Source: an uncultured Actinomycetes bacterium
GTDB lineage: Bacteria > Actinomycetota > Thermoleophilia > Gaiellales > Gaiellaceae
Length of the DNA: 64,000 bases
Direction of reading: 5' to 3'
NCBI GenBank assembly: GCA_963816735.1
Contig: CAWFLY010000005.1
Coordinates: forward strand, 294,539-358,538
The position numbers and the translations under genes were made by a program. Of this stretch, positions 10,675 through 24,756 are shown in pieces. Position 1 is the stretch's first letter, and the number at the start of each line of letters is the position of its first letter. Under the pieces are notes generated by a model. The model ran no database searches. It was given only the letters and a program-made list of their open reading frames with translations, and was not told where the DNA came from.

Positions 10675-11769
10675 TTACCTTACGAGACGATCTTCGTTGA
10701 TCTGCGTCTTGTCGCACTTGACGACCCCCGTCGGAAGCGGCACGAAGATAGTTCGCGGCCGCGTAGCTCTGGCCGGTCGTGACCGCCCAGGTGAGGAACG
10801 TCTTGCAGCGGAGCAGCCATCGAACCCGAATGCTTCTGGACATCGACGTACGTGTACGTCGAGATCGGGTACGCCCCGAAGTACTTGGTGGTGTTCGGCG
10901 GGTTGACGATCGAGAGCGACCCGTCGGCCTTCGGCGTGGTGTCGAGCTTGGACGCCGGTCGCGATCGACGCAAGCGTCGGGCTGGACGAAGCTGGCCGTG
11001 CTTGTTCTGGATGGACATGTACTTGAGGTGCGCCGTGATGCCGTACCAGACGTCGACGTAGCCGATCGCGCCGTTCGTGTCCGTCGACCGCCGCCGCGAC
11101 GCCGCTGCTGCCGTGCGCCTGAACGGCGTTGCTCCCGGGCCACGTCCGGATCAGCGTCGTGGCGCCGTACATGCGCCTTCCAGAACGTCGACGAGACGCG
11201 CGAGAGGTAGTCGGTGAAGTTGTACGTCGTGCCCGACGACGAGTCGCGGTGCACGGTCGTGATCGGCCGTGTGCGGGATGCTCACGCCCTTGTTGAGCGC
11301 CTTGATCGCCTTGTCGTCCCAGAACGTGATCTGGCCGAGGTAGATCTTCGCGAGCACCGGGCCGCTCATGTTGAGCGTCTTCGTGACGCCGTCGATGTGG
11401 TAGATCATCGCCGTGCCCGAGAGCGCCCACGGGATCTGAACGCACGTCGTGCACGTCGTGGCGAACGCGCTGAGCGGTGCGTCGCTCGCACCGAAGTCGA
11501 CCGTCTTGGTCGTGATGGCCGCGACACCGGCACCCGAGCCGCCGCCGCCGTAGGTCACGTTGATGTGCTTCGCCGACGTGAACGGGCTGGCGCCGGGGCT
11601 CGGAAGCTGAGTCCAGGCGTTGATGAGCGGCTGGACGAAGGTGCTGCCCGCGCCCTTGAGAGTCGGTGGACTGCCGGGCCGCGCCGGCCGCGGAGACCGC
11701 GATTGTTGCGAGAACCGCGACAGCGGCGAGCGCGAGTGAAATCCGAACGAGCATGCCGTTTTTCGGCAT
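10675..11769 (-). CDS. pstS: Phosphate-binding protein PstS (signal peptide), about 7 frame switches
   Basis: MPKNGMLVRISLALAAVAVLATIAVSAAGA, then TLKGAGSTFVQPLINAW, GGGGSGAGVAAITTKTVDFGASDAPL, HRDSSSGTTYNFTDYL, AIGYVDVWY and AYPISTYTYV, distributed over all three frames. Confidence 0.85.
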   Translation of the reverse strand: MPKNGMLVRISLALAAVAVLATIAVSAAGAARQSTDSQGRGQHLRPAAHQRLDSASEPRRQPVHVGEAHQRDLRRRRLGCRCRGHHDQDGRLRCERRTAQRVRHDVHDVRSDPVGALGHGDDLPHRRRHEDAQHERPGAREDLPRPDHVLGRQGDQGAQQGREHPAHGRSRPCTATRRRARRTTSPTTSRASRRRSGRRMYGATTLIRTWPGSNAVQAHGSSGVAAAVDGHERRDRLRRRLVRHHGAPQVHVHPEQARPASSSPTLASIATGVQARHHAEGRRVALDRQPAEHHQVLRGVPDLDVHVRRCPEAFGFDGCSAARRSSPGRSRPARATRPRTIFVPLPTGVVKCDKTQINEDRLVR

Positions 11770-11944
11770 CGAGTTTCCTCCTCTTGAGTAGCCCTAACTG
11801 GGTTCGCGGCCAACATACGGACGCGCCGTCTGCGAGCGTGGGCAACACGCGCGTTGCCGAATGGAGACGGAGTGGTGACAGGCGATTCGGGGCTGCCAGG
11901 GCAGCGACGCTCGCCGGTCAGAGCACCGAGTACTGTGGGATCGA

Positions 11945-12609
11945 TGGCCATGGACGACGCACTCGGGCAGGTCGAGGCCCAGCTACAGGAGATGGGGCAG
12001 CGCGTCCTGAGCGCCGTCCACGGTGCGACACGCGCCCTCCAGGATCGCGACCGGGAGCTCGCCGACGAGGTGATCGCGTTCGACGACGAGGTCGATCGCC
12101 ACTTCGTCGCGATCGAGCAGCAGATCCAGTCGCTCCTCGCCCTGCAGACGCCGGTCGCCCGCGACCTGCGGTTGCTGCTGGCGATCATCCACATCAACCT
12201 CCTGCTCGAGCGCACCGGCGACGGCTGCGTCACGATCGCGAAGCTGTCGAAGCTCGTCGCCGACATCGAGCCGGATCCCGCTCTCGCCGACGTCCTGACG
12301 GAGATGGCCGAGCGCGCCGAGGAGATGGTGCGCGTCGCGCTGAACTCGTTCAGCGAGCGCGACCTCGCCGGCGCCGAGAGCCTCGTCGAGCTCGACGAGC
12401 TCATCGACCGCGCCAACCGCCGCTTCGTCGAGCGCCTCGTCGACGTCATGGCCGACGAACCGATGCGCGAGTGGGGCCTGCGGATGGTCGTCGTCGCGCG
12501 GACGATCGAGCGGATCGGCGACCGCGCCGTCGACATCGGCGAACAGACCGCCTATCTCCTCACGGCCGAGTTCCGCGAGTTCACCGACGCCTCGCATCCG
12601 GCCGGCTAG
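11945..12609 (+). CDS. phoU: Phosphate transport system regulator PhoU
   Basis: Intact. Two PhoU repeats (DDEVDRHFVAIEQQ and ELIDRANRRFVERL, RTIERIGDRAVDIGE). Divergent from pstS. ATG 11945 is preferred over the ORF-track start 11854. Confidence 0.9.
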
Positions 12610-12640
12610 GTAGAACGCCGCTCGTGGCCGCCCACCGGAA

Positions 12641-12845
12641 ATGGCTCGTGCCGCTCGCCGTCGATCCTCGGCATCGTCCTGATCGTCGTCGGCATCGTCT
12701 ACTTCGTGGAGCCGGCGAGCTCGTTGCCGTCGTTCTTCCCGGGTCACGAGGCCGCCTCGTCGCACCATCACGTGAAGCACGGGATCGCCGCGATCCTCGT
12801 CGGGCTCGCGTGCTTCGCCTTCGCCTGGTTCAACACCGGGCCTAA
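12641..12845 (+). CDS. Small membrane protein (SFFPGH...HHHVKHG motif), frame-disrupted
   Basis: Reads ILGIVLIVVGIVYFVEPASSLPSFFPGHEAASSHHHVKHGIAAILVGLACFAFAWF. Both start and stop require a frame switch, so the boundaries are tentative. Confidence 0.35.
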
Positions 12846-12882
12846 GAAGAGCGCGCCGAGAAGCCCACCGCGTAACCTCCGC

Positions 12883-13742
12883 GTGGCTCCGATCAGCTAC
12901 TTCCAGGGCGCGATGCTCGGGCTGCTGCAGGGCGTGACGGAGCTCTTCCCCGTCTCGAGCCTCGGGCACAGCGTCATCCTCCCGAGCCTGCTCGGCTGGA
13001 ACATCCAGCAGAACAAGCCGTACTTCCTGAGCTTCCTCGTCGCGACCCATCTCGCGACGGCGCTCGTGCTGCTCGGGTTCTTCTGGAGCGACTGGGTGCG
13101 GATCGTCAAGGGCCTCGGCCGCTCGCTCCGCGACCGCGAGATCGGCGACGACCCCGATGCGAAGCTCGGCTGGCTGCTCATCGTCGCCACGATCCCGGCC
13201 GGGATTCTCGGACTGCTGCTGCAGGACGTCGCTGCGGAAGCTCTTCGCGTCGCCGGAGTACGCGAGCATCTTCCTCGCGCTCAACGGCGTGCTGCTCTTC
13301 GGCGCCGAGGCGCTGCGGCGGCGCGCGCCCGAGACGACGGACGACAACGACGAGCGGATCGCGCAGAAGGTCGGCTGGTGGCAGTCGGTCACGGTCGGCG
13401 CGCGCGCAGGCGATCGCGCTCATCCCCGGCTTCTCGCGTTCGGGCGCGGCGATGGGCGGCGGCCTGCTCGTCGGGCTCTCGCACAGGGACGCCGCACGCT
13501 TCGCGTTCCTCCTCGCGACGCCGATCATCCTCGCCGCCGCCGTTCTGAAGCTGCCGGAGCTCGCCGGCCCGCAGGGGAACGGCGTGCGCGGCCCGGCGTT
13601 CGTCGGCGCGCTGTGCTCGGGCCTGACGGCGTACTTCTCCGTGAAGTTCCTCATGCGCTACTTCGAGACGCGGACGCTGACGCCGTTCGCGATCTACTGC
13701 CTCTGCGCCGGCACCGCCTGCGCGATCTATTTCGCGGTCTAG
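12883..13742 (+). CDS. uppP: Undecaprenyl-diphosphate phosphatase, two frame switches
   Basis: LLQGVTELFPVSSLGHSVIL, ATIPAGILGLLL, IALIPGFSRSGAAMGGGLL and RFAFLLATPIILAA. GTG start at 12883. Confidence 0.85.
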
Positions 13743-14917
13743 CGGCGGTTCTTCTCGGCGAGATCGCGCAGGCGTCGCGCGAGCGCCGGCGTGAGCTGGC
13801 CCGGCTCGAGTCGCCACTGCCAGTTGCCCGTCCGCGGTGCCCGGCCGGTTCATCCGCGCCTCGCTGCCGAGCCCGAGCACGTCCTGCGCGGGGACGATGG
13901 CGAGCGACGCGGGCGAGCGGTACGCGATCTCGATCACGTCCCACGGAGACGGGCTGCCGCCGAAGTGGCCCGCGACCGTGTCGGTGTCGTGCGTGCTCGT
14001 GTAGACGACCTCGTTGACGGACGTGGTTCTCCGGCCGGTGGAGGTTGCGCAGCGAGCCGCCGAACCCCCAGAGGAGAACCGCCATGCCCGGCAGGCCGAG
14101 CTCGTCGCGCAGCCGGTAGACGGGCGGCGTGATGAGGCCGAGGTCCTCCGCGATCACCGGCAGGCCGCCGAGCTCGCGCTCGACCGCGCGGAACAGCTCG
14201 ATGCCCGGCCCGGGCCGCCAGTGGCCGCGCTTCGCGGTCTTGTGGCGCTCGGGGATCGCCCAGTACGAGACGAAGCCGCGGAAGTGGTCGACGCGGCATA
14301 GGTCGACGAGCTCGAACGTGCGCCGGAAGCGCTCGCGCCACCAGCGGTAGCCGGTCGCGCGGTGCGCGGGCCAGTCGTACAGCGGGTTCCCCCAGAGCTG
14401 GCCCGATTTGCTGAGCGCGTCGGGCGGCGCGCCGGCGACCTCGCCGTGCGCGAACAGCTCCGGCCAGCCGGCGAAGTCGGCGCCGTCGTCGGAGACGTAG
14501 ATCGGCACGTCGCCGATGAGACGCACGCCGCGCTCGGCGGCGTAGGCGCGCAACGCTCGCCACTCCCGCTCGAAGCGCACCTGGTCGGCGATCGCGTCCT
14601 CGCCGGCGAAGCTCGCCCACGTGCCCGTCCAGTACGGATGCCGCGCGACGAAGTCCTCGATCTCGGCGGCGGTGACGCGGCGCGTCGGGCTTCGCGAGGA
14701 GCGCGGGCGAGGCGGCGAACGCGGACGGCGAGCGGTACGGCGAGTCGAACTCGTCGGGCGGGCCGAGCGGCAGCATCTGCCACCACGACTGGCCTGCGGC
14801 GGCGAGCCAGTCGACGAACCGGTACGCGTCGCTGTCGATCCGGCCCGACGGAAGCGAGGTCGGGTGGAGCAGGACACCGGCGGAGCGTGCGAGCCTCACG
14901 CTTCGATCCTCTCGCAT
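13739..14917 (-). CDS. malQ: 4-alpha-glucanotransferase (amylomaltase), frame-disrupted
   Basis: SAGVLLHPTSLPSGRIDSDAYRFVDWLAAAGQSWWQMLPLGPP, LIGDVPIYVS, GAPPDALSKSGQLWGNPLYDW, VDHFRGF, VIAEDLG, YTSTHDTDT and MNRPGT.GNWQWRL. Confidence 0.85.
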
Positions 14918-14933
14918 CGGTGAGACTTCAGGC

Positions 14934-16743
14934 GTGCCTCTCCCGAAAACACGCCCGCGCGGATCGAGATCCAGGACGTCTCGCCGCAGATCGACTGCGG
15001 CCGCTGGGCCGTGAAACGCACGACCGGCGAGAGCGTCACCGTGTCGGCGCGGATCTTCCGCGACGGCCACGAGACGCTCGGCGCGGCGGTTCGCTACCGC
15101 CGGCCCGGCTCGACGCGCTGGGCCGAGGCGCCGCTCGTGCCGCAGGGGAACGACCTCTGGACCGGCTCGTTCGAGGTCGACAGGCCGGGACGCTGGAGCT
15201 TCCGAGTCGAGGCGTGGGTCGACCGCGTCGCCTCGTTCCAGACCGAGCTGCAGCGCAAGGTCGCCGCGGGGCAGGCCGACCTCGCGGGCGAGCTCTCGGA
15301 GGGCGCGGTTCTCCTCGAGCGCCGCGAGCTGACGGTCGACGAAGCGCTCGCCGCACCCGCGGGCGACCGCTCGGAGAAGGCGAAGTCGGCGACGTACGAC
15401 GTCGCGGTCGACCGGCCGCTCGCCCGCTTCGGCTCGTGGTACGAGCTCTTCCCGCGCTCGTGGGGCGGGTTCGAGGGCGTGCGCGAACAGCTGCCGCGCT
15501 TCGCCGAGCTCGGCTTCGACGTCCTCTACTTCCCGCCGATCCATCCGATCGGCGTGACGAACCGCAAGGGCCGCAACAACGCCGAGCGGGCGGAGCCGGG
15601 CGACGTCGGCAGCCCGTGGGCGATCGGCTCGCGAGGACGGCGGGCACGACGCGATCCACCCCGACCTCGGCACCGCTCGAGGACTTTCGCGCGCTCGTTG
15701 CCGAAGCGCGGGAGCATCGGCATCGAGATCGCGCTCGACTTCGCGATCCAGTGCTCGCCCGACCACCCGTGGCTGACCGAGCACCCGGAGTGGTTCTTCC
15801 GCCGCCCCGACGGGACACTGAAGTTCGCCGAGAACCCGCCGAAGCGCTACCAGGACATCTACAACGTCGACTTCGGCTGCGACGACTGGCGAGGGCTGTG
15901 GCAGGCGCTGCTCGACGTTGTTCGCCACTGGATCGGCGAGGGCGTCACGGTCTTCCGCGTCGACAACCCGCACACGAAGCCGGTCGCGTTCTGGGAGTGG
16001 CTGATCGCCGAGGTGCGCGCCGAACATCCCGAGGTCGTCTTCCTCGCCGAGGCGTTCACGCGGCCGGCGCCGATGACAACGCTCGCGAAAGCGGGCTTCT
16101 CCCAGAGCTACACGTACTTCACGTGGAAGAACACGCGCTGGGAGCTGCTCGAGTTCCTCGGCCAGCTGCTCGACTGGCGTCGACTTCTACCGGCCGAACT
16201 GCTTCGCGAACACGCCGGACATCCTCCACGAGTACCTCGTCAGCGGCGGCCGGCCCGCGTTCGAGGCGCGGCTCGTGCTGGCGGCGACGCTGTCGCCGTC
16301 GTACGGGATCTACTCCGGCTTCGAGTCGTGCGAGAACGTGCCCGTGCGGCCCGGCTCGGAGGAGTACCTCAACTCGGAGAAGTACGAGCTACGGCCGCGG
16401 ACTTTGGACGGGCCGCTGCTGCCGTTGGTGGCGCGGCTGAACGCAGCGCGCCGCGAGAACGAGGCGCTGCAATGGCTCGATCCGCTCACGGTGCTGGAGA
16501 CGGAGAACGAGCAGCTGTTCGCGTTCCTCAAGCGGCGCGGCGACAACGCGGTCGTCATCGTCGTCAATCTCGATCCGCAGGGGATCGCAGGAGGGCGCGT
16601 GCGTGGTGCCGGTCTCGACCGGACTCCCGCCGGCATATCGCGTCGAGGATCTCCTCGCAGGCGAGACGTACACGTGGCGGATCGGCCGTAACTACGTGAA
16701 GCTGCCGCCGGGCGGCGCGCATGTGCTGAGGTTGGGCGGATGA
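14934..16743 (+). CDS. glgE: Alpha-1,4-glucan:maltose-1-phosphate maltosyltransferase, frame-disrupted
   Basis: IEIQDVSPQIDCGRWAVKR, FGSWYELFPRS, LYFPPIHPIGVTNRKGRNN, FRVDNPHTKPVAFWEW, YFTWKNT and EKYELRPR. The C-terminus YRVEDLLAGETYTW...VLRLGG* is in another frame. Confidence 0.9.
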
Positions 16744-16764
16744 GCGAGGTACGTGTCTCCTTGA

Positions 16765-16795
16765 GACACGTCCGGAACCCGGTTCCGGACGTGTC
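16765..16795. repeat. 31-bp perfect palindrome GACACGTCCGGAACC-C-GGTTCCGGACGTGTC, copy 1
   Basis: Read directly: 15-bp arms and a 1-nt centre, 22 nt after the glgE stop. It overlaps a second, mutually exclusive inverted repeat ACGTGTCTC-CTT-GAGACACGT at 16751-16771. Confidence 0.95.
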
Positions 16796-16870
16796 CAAAA
16801 GAGCCAGTAACGGAAGGTCGTTCTTCTTGCAGTTCGCGGGACTCGCGGCCAACGAGCCGTGTCCCTACAA

Positions 16871-16901
16871 GACACGTCCGGAACCCGGTTCCGGACGTGT
16901 C
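16871..16901. repeat. 31-bp perfect palindrome, copy 2 (identical to copy 1)
   Basis: Read directly: ends 1 nt before the SD-like GGAGGAG (16903-16909) and 10 nt before the treS ATG (16912). Confidence 0.95.
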
Positions 16902-16911
16902 CGGAGGAGCC

Positions 16912-18570
<1,659 letters not shown>

Positions 18571-18574
<4 letters not shown>

Positions 18575-19859
18575 GCGCCGACCTGCTCGAGCAAATCACG
18601 CAGCGGCGCTGGTACGGCTCGAAGTCGCGGACGGCAACCCACGCGGAGATCCTCGACACCATCGCGGTGCGAGAGGAGCTGACGATCGCCCTCGTCGAAC
18701 TGCGGTACGACACGGGGGCGCACGATGTCTACCAGGTGCTGCTGGCCGGAGACGAGATCGAGCTCGCACGGGAACTTGTCGGGGCGATGCGCACGTGCGC
18801 GACGCTGCGCGGGTCCGACGGCGCCGTCGATTTCCATCCCGCCGACGGCTTCACGGCACTCGACAGAGAGCTGCGCGTCGGGCGGCTGATCGAGTCAGAG
18901 CAGTCGAACAGCTCGGTCGTCTTCGACGACGCGCTCATCCTCAAGGTCTTCCGCCGCCTCGAGCCTGGCATCAACCCCGAGCTCGAGCTGCTGCGCTTTC
19001 TCGCCGAGCGCGGCTTCCCCAACGTCCCGGCGTTCGGCGGTTCGTACGAGTACGCGGGCGGGCCGCTCACCGCGACGCTCGGGCTCGTGCAGGAGTTCGT
19101 CGCCGACGGAGTAGACGGCTGGCAGCTCGCGCTCGACGAGATTGCCTCCGCCCCGGAGCAGTTCCTCGACCGCGTCTCCCGGCTCGGTGAGGTCACTGCC
19201 GAGCTCCACAACACGCTCGCCTCCGACCTGAGCGACCCGGCCTTCTGCCCGGAGGACCCGAGCGCGGAGTCGCTCGCGCTCTTCGCGGCGGCCGTCGACG
19301 AGGAGGTCGGGCACGTCTTCCTCTCCCTGCCCGAGGACGACGAGAGGCTCGCTCCGATCGCCGGCCACGAGGAAGAGGTGCGCCGACAACTGCACATCCT
19401 CAGCCACGTCGGCTCCGCGGGACGGCTCATTCGCACCCACGGTGACTTCCATCTCGGCCAGACGCTGGCGACGGGAGACGACTGGATGATCCTCGACTTC
19501 GAGGGCGAGCCCGCGCGCACGCTCACGGAGCGGCGCCGCAAGCAGTCGCCGCTGCGCGATGTCGCGGGGATGCTCCGCTCGTTCGCGTACGTCGCCAACG
19601 CGGCCGCGATCCACCACGACACGGACGTGCCGGCGGACTGGGAGGAGCAGGCGCGCAAGCGGTTCCTCGACAGCTACCTCGGTGCGGTCGACGCGATCCT
19701 CTTGCCCGCCGGCGAGGCGGCGACCGGGCGGCTCCTCGCGATGTTCGAGCTCGAGAAGGCGGTGTACGAGCTCCGCTACGAGCTCGACAACCGGCCCGAC
19801 TGGATCCCCGTCTCTGTCGCGGGGATCGAGCGCCTGCTCAACACCGCGGCCGAGATCCT

Positions 19860-19863
<4 letters not shown>
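18571..19863 (+). CDS. mak: Maltokinase (Mak/Pep2), stand-alone
   Basis: Intact 430 aa: [35 protein letters not shown] and [13 protein letters not shown]. The GTG start overlaps the treS stop (GTGA). Confidence 0.85.
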
Positions 19864-21936
<2,073 letters not shown>

Positions 21937-21949
<13 letters not shown>

Positions 21950-22683
21950 CGCGCCAGCCGTCCCACGCGAGCTTCAGCCCGACGACACCGACGAAGACGG
22001 CGAACACGATCTTCAGCGTCGACGCCGGAAGAGCGAGCGCGAGCTTCGCGCCGGCGAACGGCCCCGATCGCTCCGACGAGGCCGAAGCGCAGGGCGAGCC
22101 CGAGGTTTCCGACGCCGCGGCGGCGCAGGGTGAGGCTGCCGACGATCGCGGTCGGGAGGATGACGAGCAGCGACGTCGCCTCGGCTCCGTGCTGGGTGAG
22201 ACCGACGGCGAGCACGAGGAACGGAACCATGAGCGTTCCGCCGCCGACGCCGAGCAGCCCCGACGCGACCCGGCGAGACGCCGAACGCGATGAGAGCGAC
22301 GTAGAGGCCCGGCCCGCTCACGCGCGCGCTCCGATGAGGATGGCGACCCCGACGAGGAAGAGCCCGAAGATGATCTTCAGCAGGCGCTCGTCGATCCGCG
22401 TGAGCCAGCCGCGCTCCGAGCCCGCGCCGACGATCGACCCCGCGGCGAGCCCGACCGCGTCGAGCTAATGCACCTGGCCGGCGACGCCGAACGTCGCGAT
22501 CCCGGCGATGCTGATCGGGATGATCGCGCCGAGCGACATCGCGTGTGCGTCGCGCTGGCCATAGGCGGCCCAGTAGACGAGGAGCGGCACCATGATGATC
22601 CCGCCGCCGACACCGAGGAGTCCGGAGAGCAGACCGCCGACGACGCCGATGACGAGGAGCTTCGGGTCGAGGACTCGCGCCAC
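21937..22683 (-). CDS. TauE/SafE family anion exporter, with an in-frame TAG and frame switches
   Basis: Two halves, each with an LGVGGG..MVP motif ([16 protein letters not shown] and [16 protein letters not shown]). TAG at 22465-22467 interrupts GQVH*LDAV. The 3' end overlaps the glgB end by 13 nt. Confidence 0.7.
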
Positions 22684-22709
22684 AGCCGGGGACGCTAGCG
22701 TCTACGGCG

Positions 22710-24405
22710 ATGATGACTCGCCCAGAGCTTCGCGGCACGTTCGGCATGGTCGCGTCGACGCACTGGCTCGCGTCGGCGGCGGGGATGGCCGTGCTCGAGC
22801 TCGGCGGCAACGCGTTCGACGCCGCGGTTGCGGCCGGGCTGACGCTGCAGGTCGTCGAGCCGCACCTCAACGGGCCCGGCGGCGACCTGCCCGCGCTCAT
22901 CTGGCCCGCGCACCGCGACCGCCCGCTCGTGCTCTGCGCGCAAGGCCCGGCCCCCGCCGCAGCGACGATCGAGCGCTACCGCGACGACCTCGGCCTCTCC
23001 TTGATCCCCGGCACCGGCCCGCTTTCGGCCGTCGTCCCCGGCGCGTTCGGCGGCTGGCTCGCGCTGCTCCGCGAGTACGGGACGATGCCGTTCGAGGAGG
23101 TCGCGCACTACGCGATCCACTACGCCGAGACCGGCTATCCCGTCCTGCCGCAGATCGCCGGCGCGATCCGCAACGTCGAGCAGCTCTTCCGCGAGGACTG
23201 GACGCCGTCGGCGGACCTCTACCTTCCCGTCGCCGAGCCGGGGACGATGGCGACGAACCCGCAGCTCGCCGAGACGTACCGTCGGCTCGCCGCGTCGAAG
23301 GATCCGGTGGAGGACTGGTACCGCGGCTGGGTCGCCGAGGAGTTCGTCGCGTTCCAGGAGCGCGAGTGGCGCGACAGCTCCGGCGAGCGTCACGCGGGCC
23401 TTCTCTCGGCGGAAGACTTGGCAACGTGGGAGCCGCGGTGGGAGGAGCCGCTCTCGGTCGACTACCACGGCTACGAGGTGTTCAAGGCCGGGCCGTGGAG
23501 CCAGGCGCCGGTCTTCCTCCAGCAGCTGCGGCTGCTCGAGGGCTTCGACCTCGCGGGGATGGGCCAGAACTCGGCGGAGTACATCCACACGATCACCGAG
23601 TGCGCGAAGCTCGCGTTCGCCGATCGCGAGGCGTGGTACGGCGATCCGGACTTCACCGACGTGCCGCTCGACATGCTCCTCTCGCGCGACTACGCGGAGG
23701 AGCGGCGCGGCCTGCTCGACGCAGGAGTCGTCGGCCGAGCTGCGGCCCGGCGGCGAGAACCCGCGCCTCGCGACGCCGGTCGGCGACGCGCCGCTCGCGC
23801 CCGGCGTCGGCGAGCCGACGCGCGGCGACACGGTCCACCTCGACGTCGTCGACCGCTGGGGGAACATGGTCGCGGCGACGCCGAGCGGCGGCTGGCTCTG
23901 GGGCGCGCCGGTCATCCCGTCGCTCGGGTTCTGCCTCGGCACGCGCGCGCAGATGTTCTGGCTCGAGGACGGCCTGCCGAACTCGCTCGCGCCGGGGAAG
24001 CGGCCGCGCACGACGCTCTCGCCGACGATGGCGGCGCGCGGCGGCGAGCCGTACCTCGCGACGGGCACGCCCGGCGGCGACCAGCAGGATCAGTGGACGC
24101 TCCACACCTTCCTCGGCCACGTCCATTTCGGCCTCAACCTCCAGGCCGCGATCGACGCGCCGAACCATCACACCGAGGCGTTCCCGTCGAGCTTCTATCC
24201 GCGCGAGACGCTGCCGCGGCACGTCGCGGTCGAGGAGCGCGTCGGCGAGGAGACGATCGCCGGCCTACGCGAGCGCGGCCACGAGGTCGAGGTCTCGCCG
24301 GCGTGGAGCCTCGGCCGCGTCAGCTCAGTCGCCCGCGAGCCGGACGGCGTGCTCGAAGCCGGCGCGAACCCGCGCGGCGAGCAGGGTTACGCAGTCGGCC
24401 GCTAG
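22710..24405 (+). CDS. ggt: Gamma-glutamyltransferase family protein, one frame switch near 23720
   Basis: MVASTHWLASAAGMAVLELGGNAFDAAVA, GDTVHLDVVDRWGNMVAATPSGG and TGTPGGDQQDQW. Confidence 0.85.
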
Positions 24406-24756
24406 GCGTGGCCGCGCGGCCCGACGCGCAGGGTGTCGAACGCGTGCAGCAGCGTTGGCAGAAGCGCCGACTCCGCCGACGCCGATGAACAGATAGAAGG
24501 CACGCCCGTGGTCGCGGAAGATGATCTCTTGCCAGCTGCCGATGAAGCCCTCGACCTGAGTCGTGAGATGCGCCGCAGGAAGTGCGCCGGGCGCGGCGGG
24601 AATCGGCGAAATACCCCGATTCGCCACCGCTCGCTCAAGCGGCATTCGCGAGCTGCTGGCCCATGGCGAGTCTCCTCGGTCCGACCACACATCGATGTGG
24701 CCCACGAACGGAAATCTGACATCGTGTGGCGGCTGCGACACGAACGGAGGACACCA

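Noticed and set aside
24404-24660. A possible small minus-strand membrane protein (…VEGFIGSWQEIIFRDHGRAFYLFIGVGGVG / ALLPTLLHAFDTLRV…) in the 350-bp ggt-P450 spacer.
   Set aside because: It needs a frame switch, has no clear start or SD, and matches no recognisable family. It may be a gene remnant, but the support is too weak to call.
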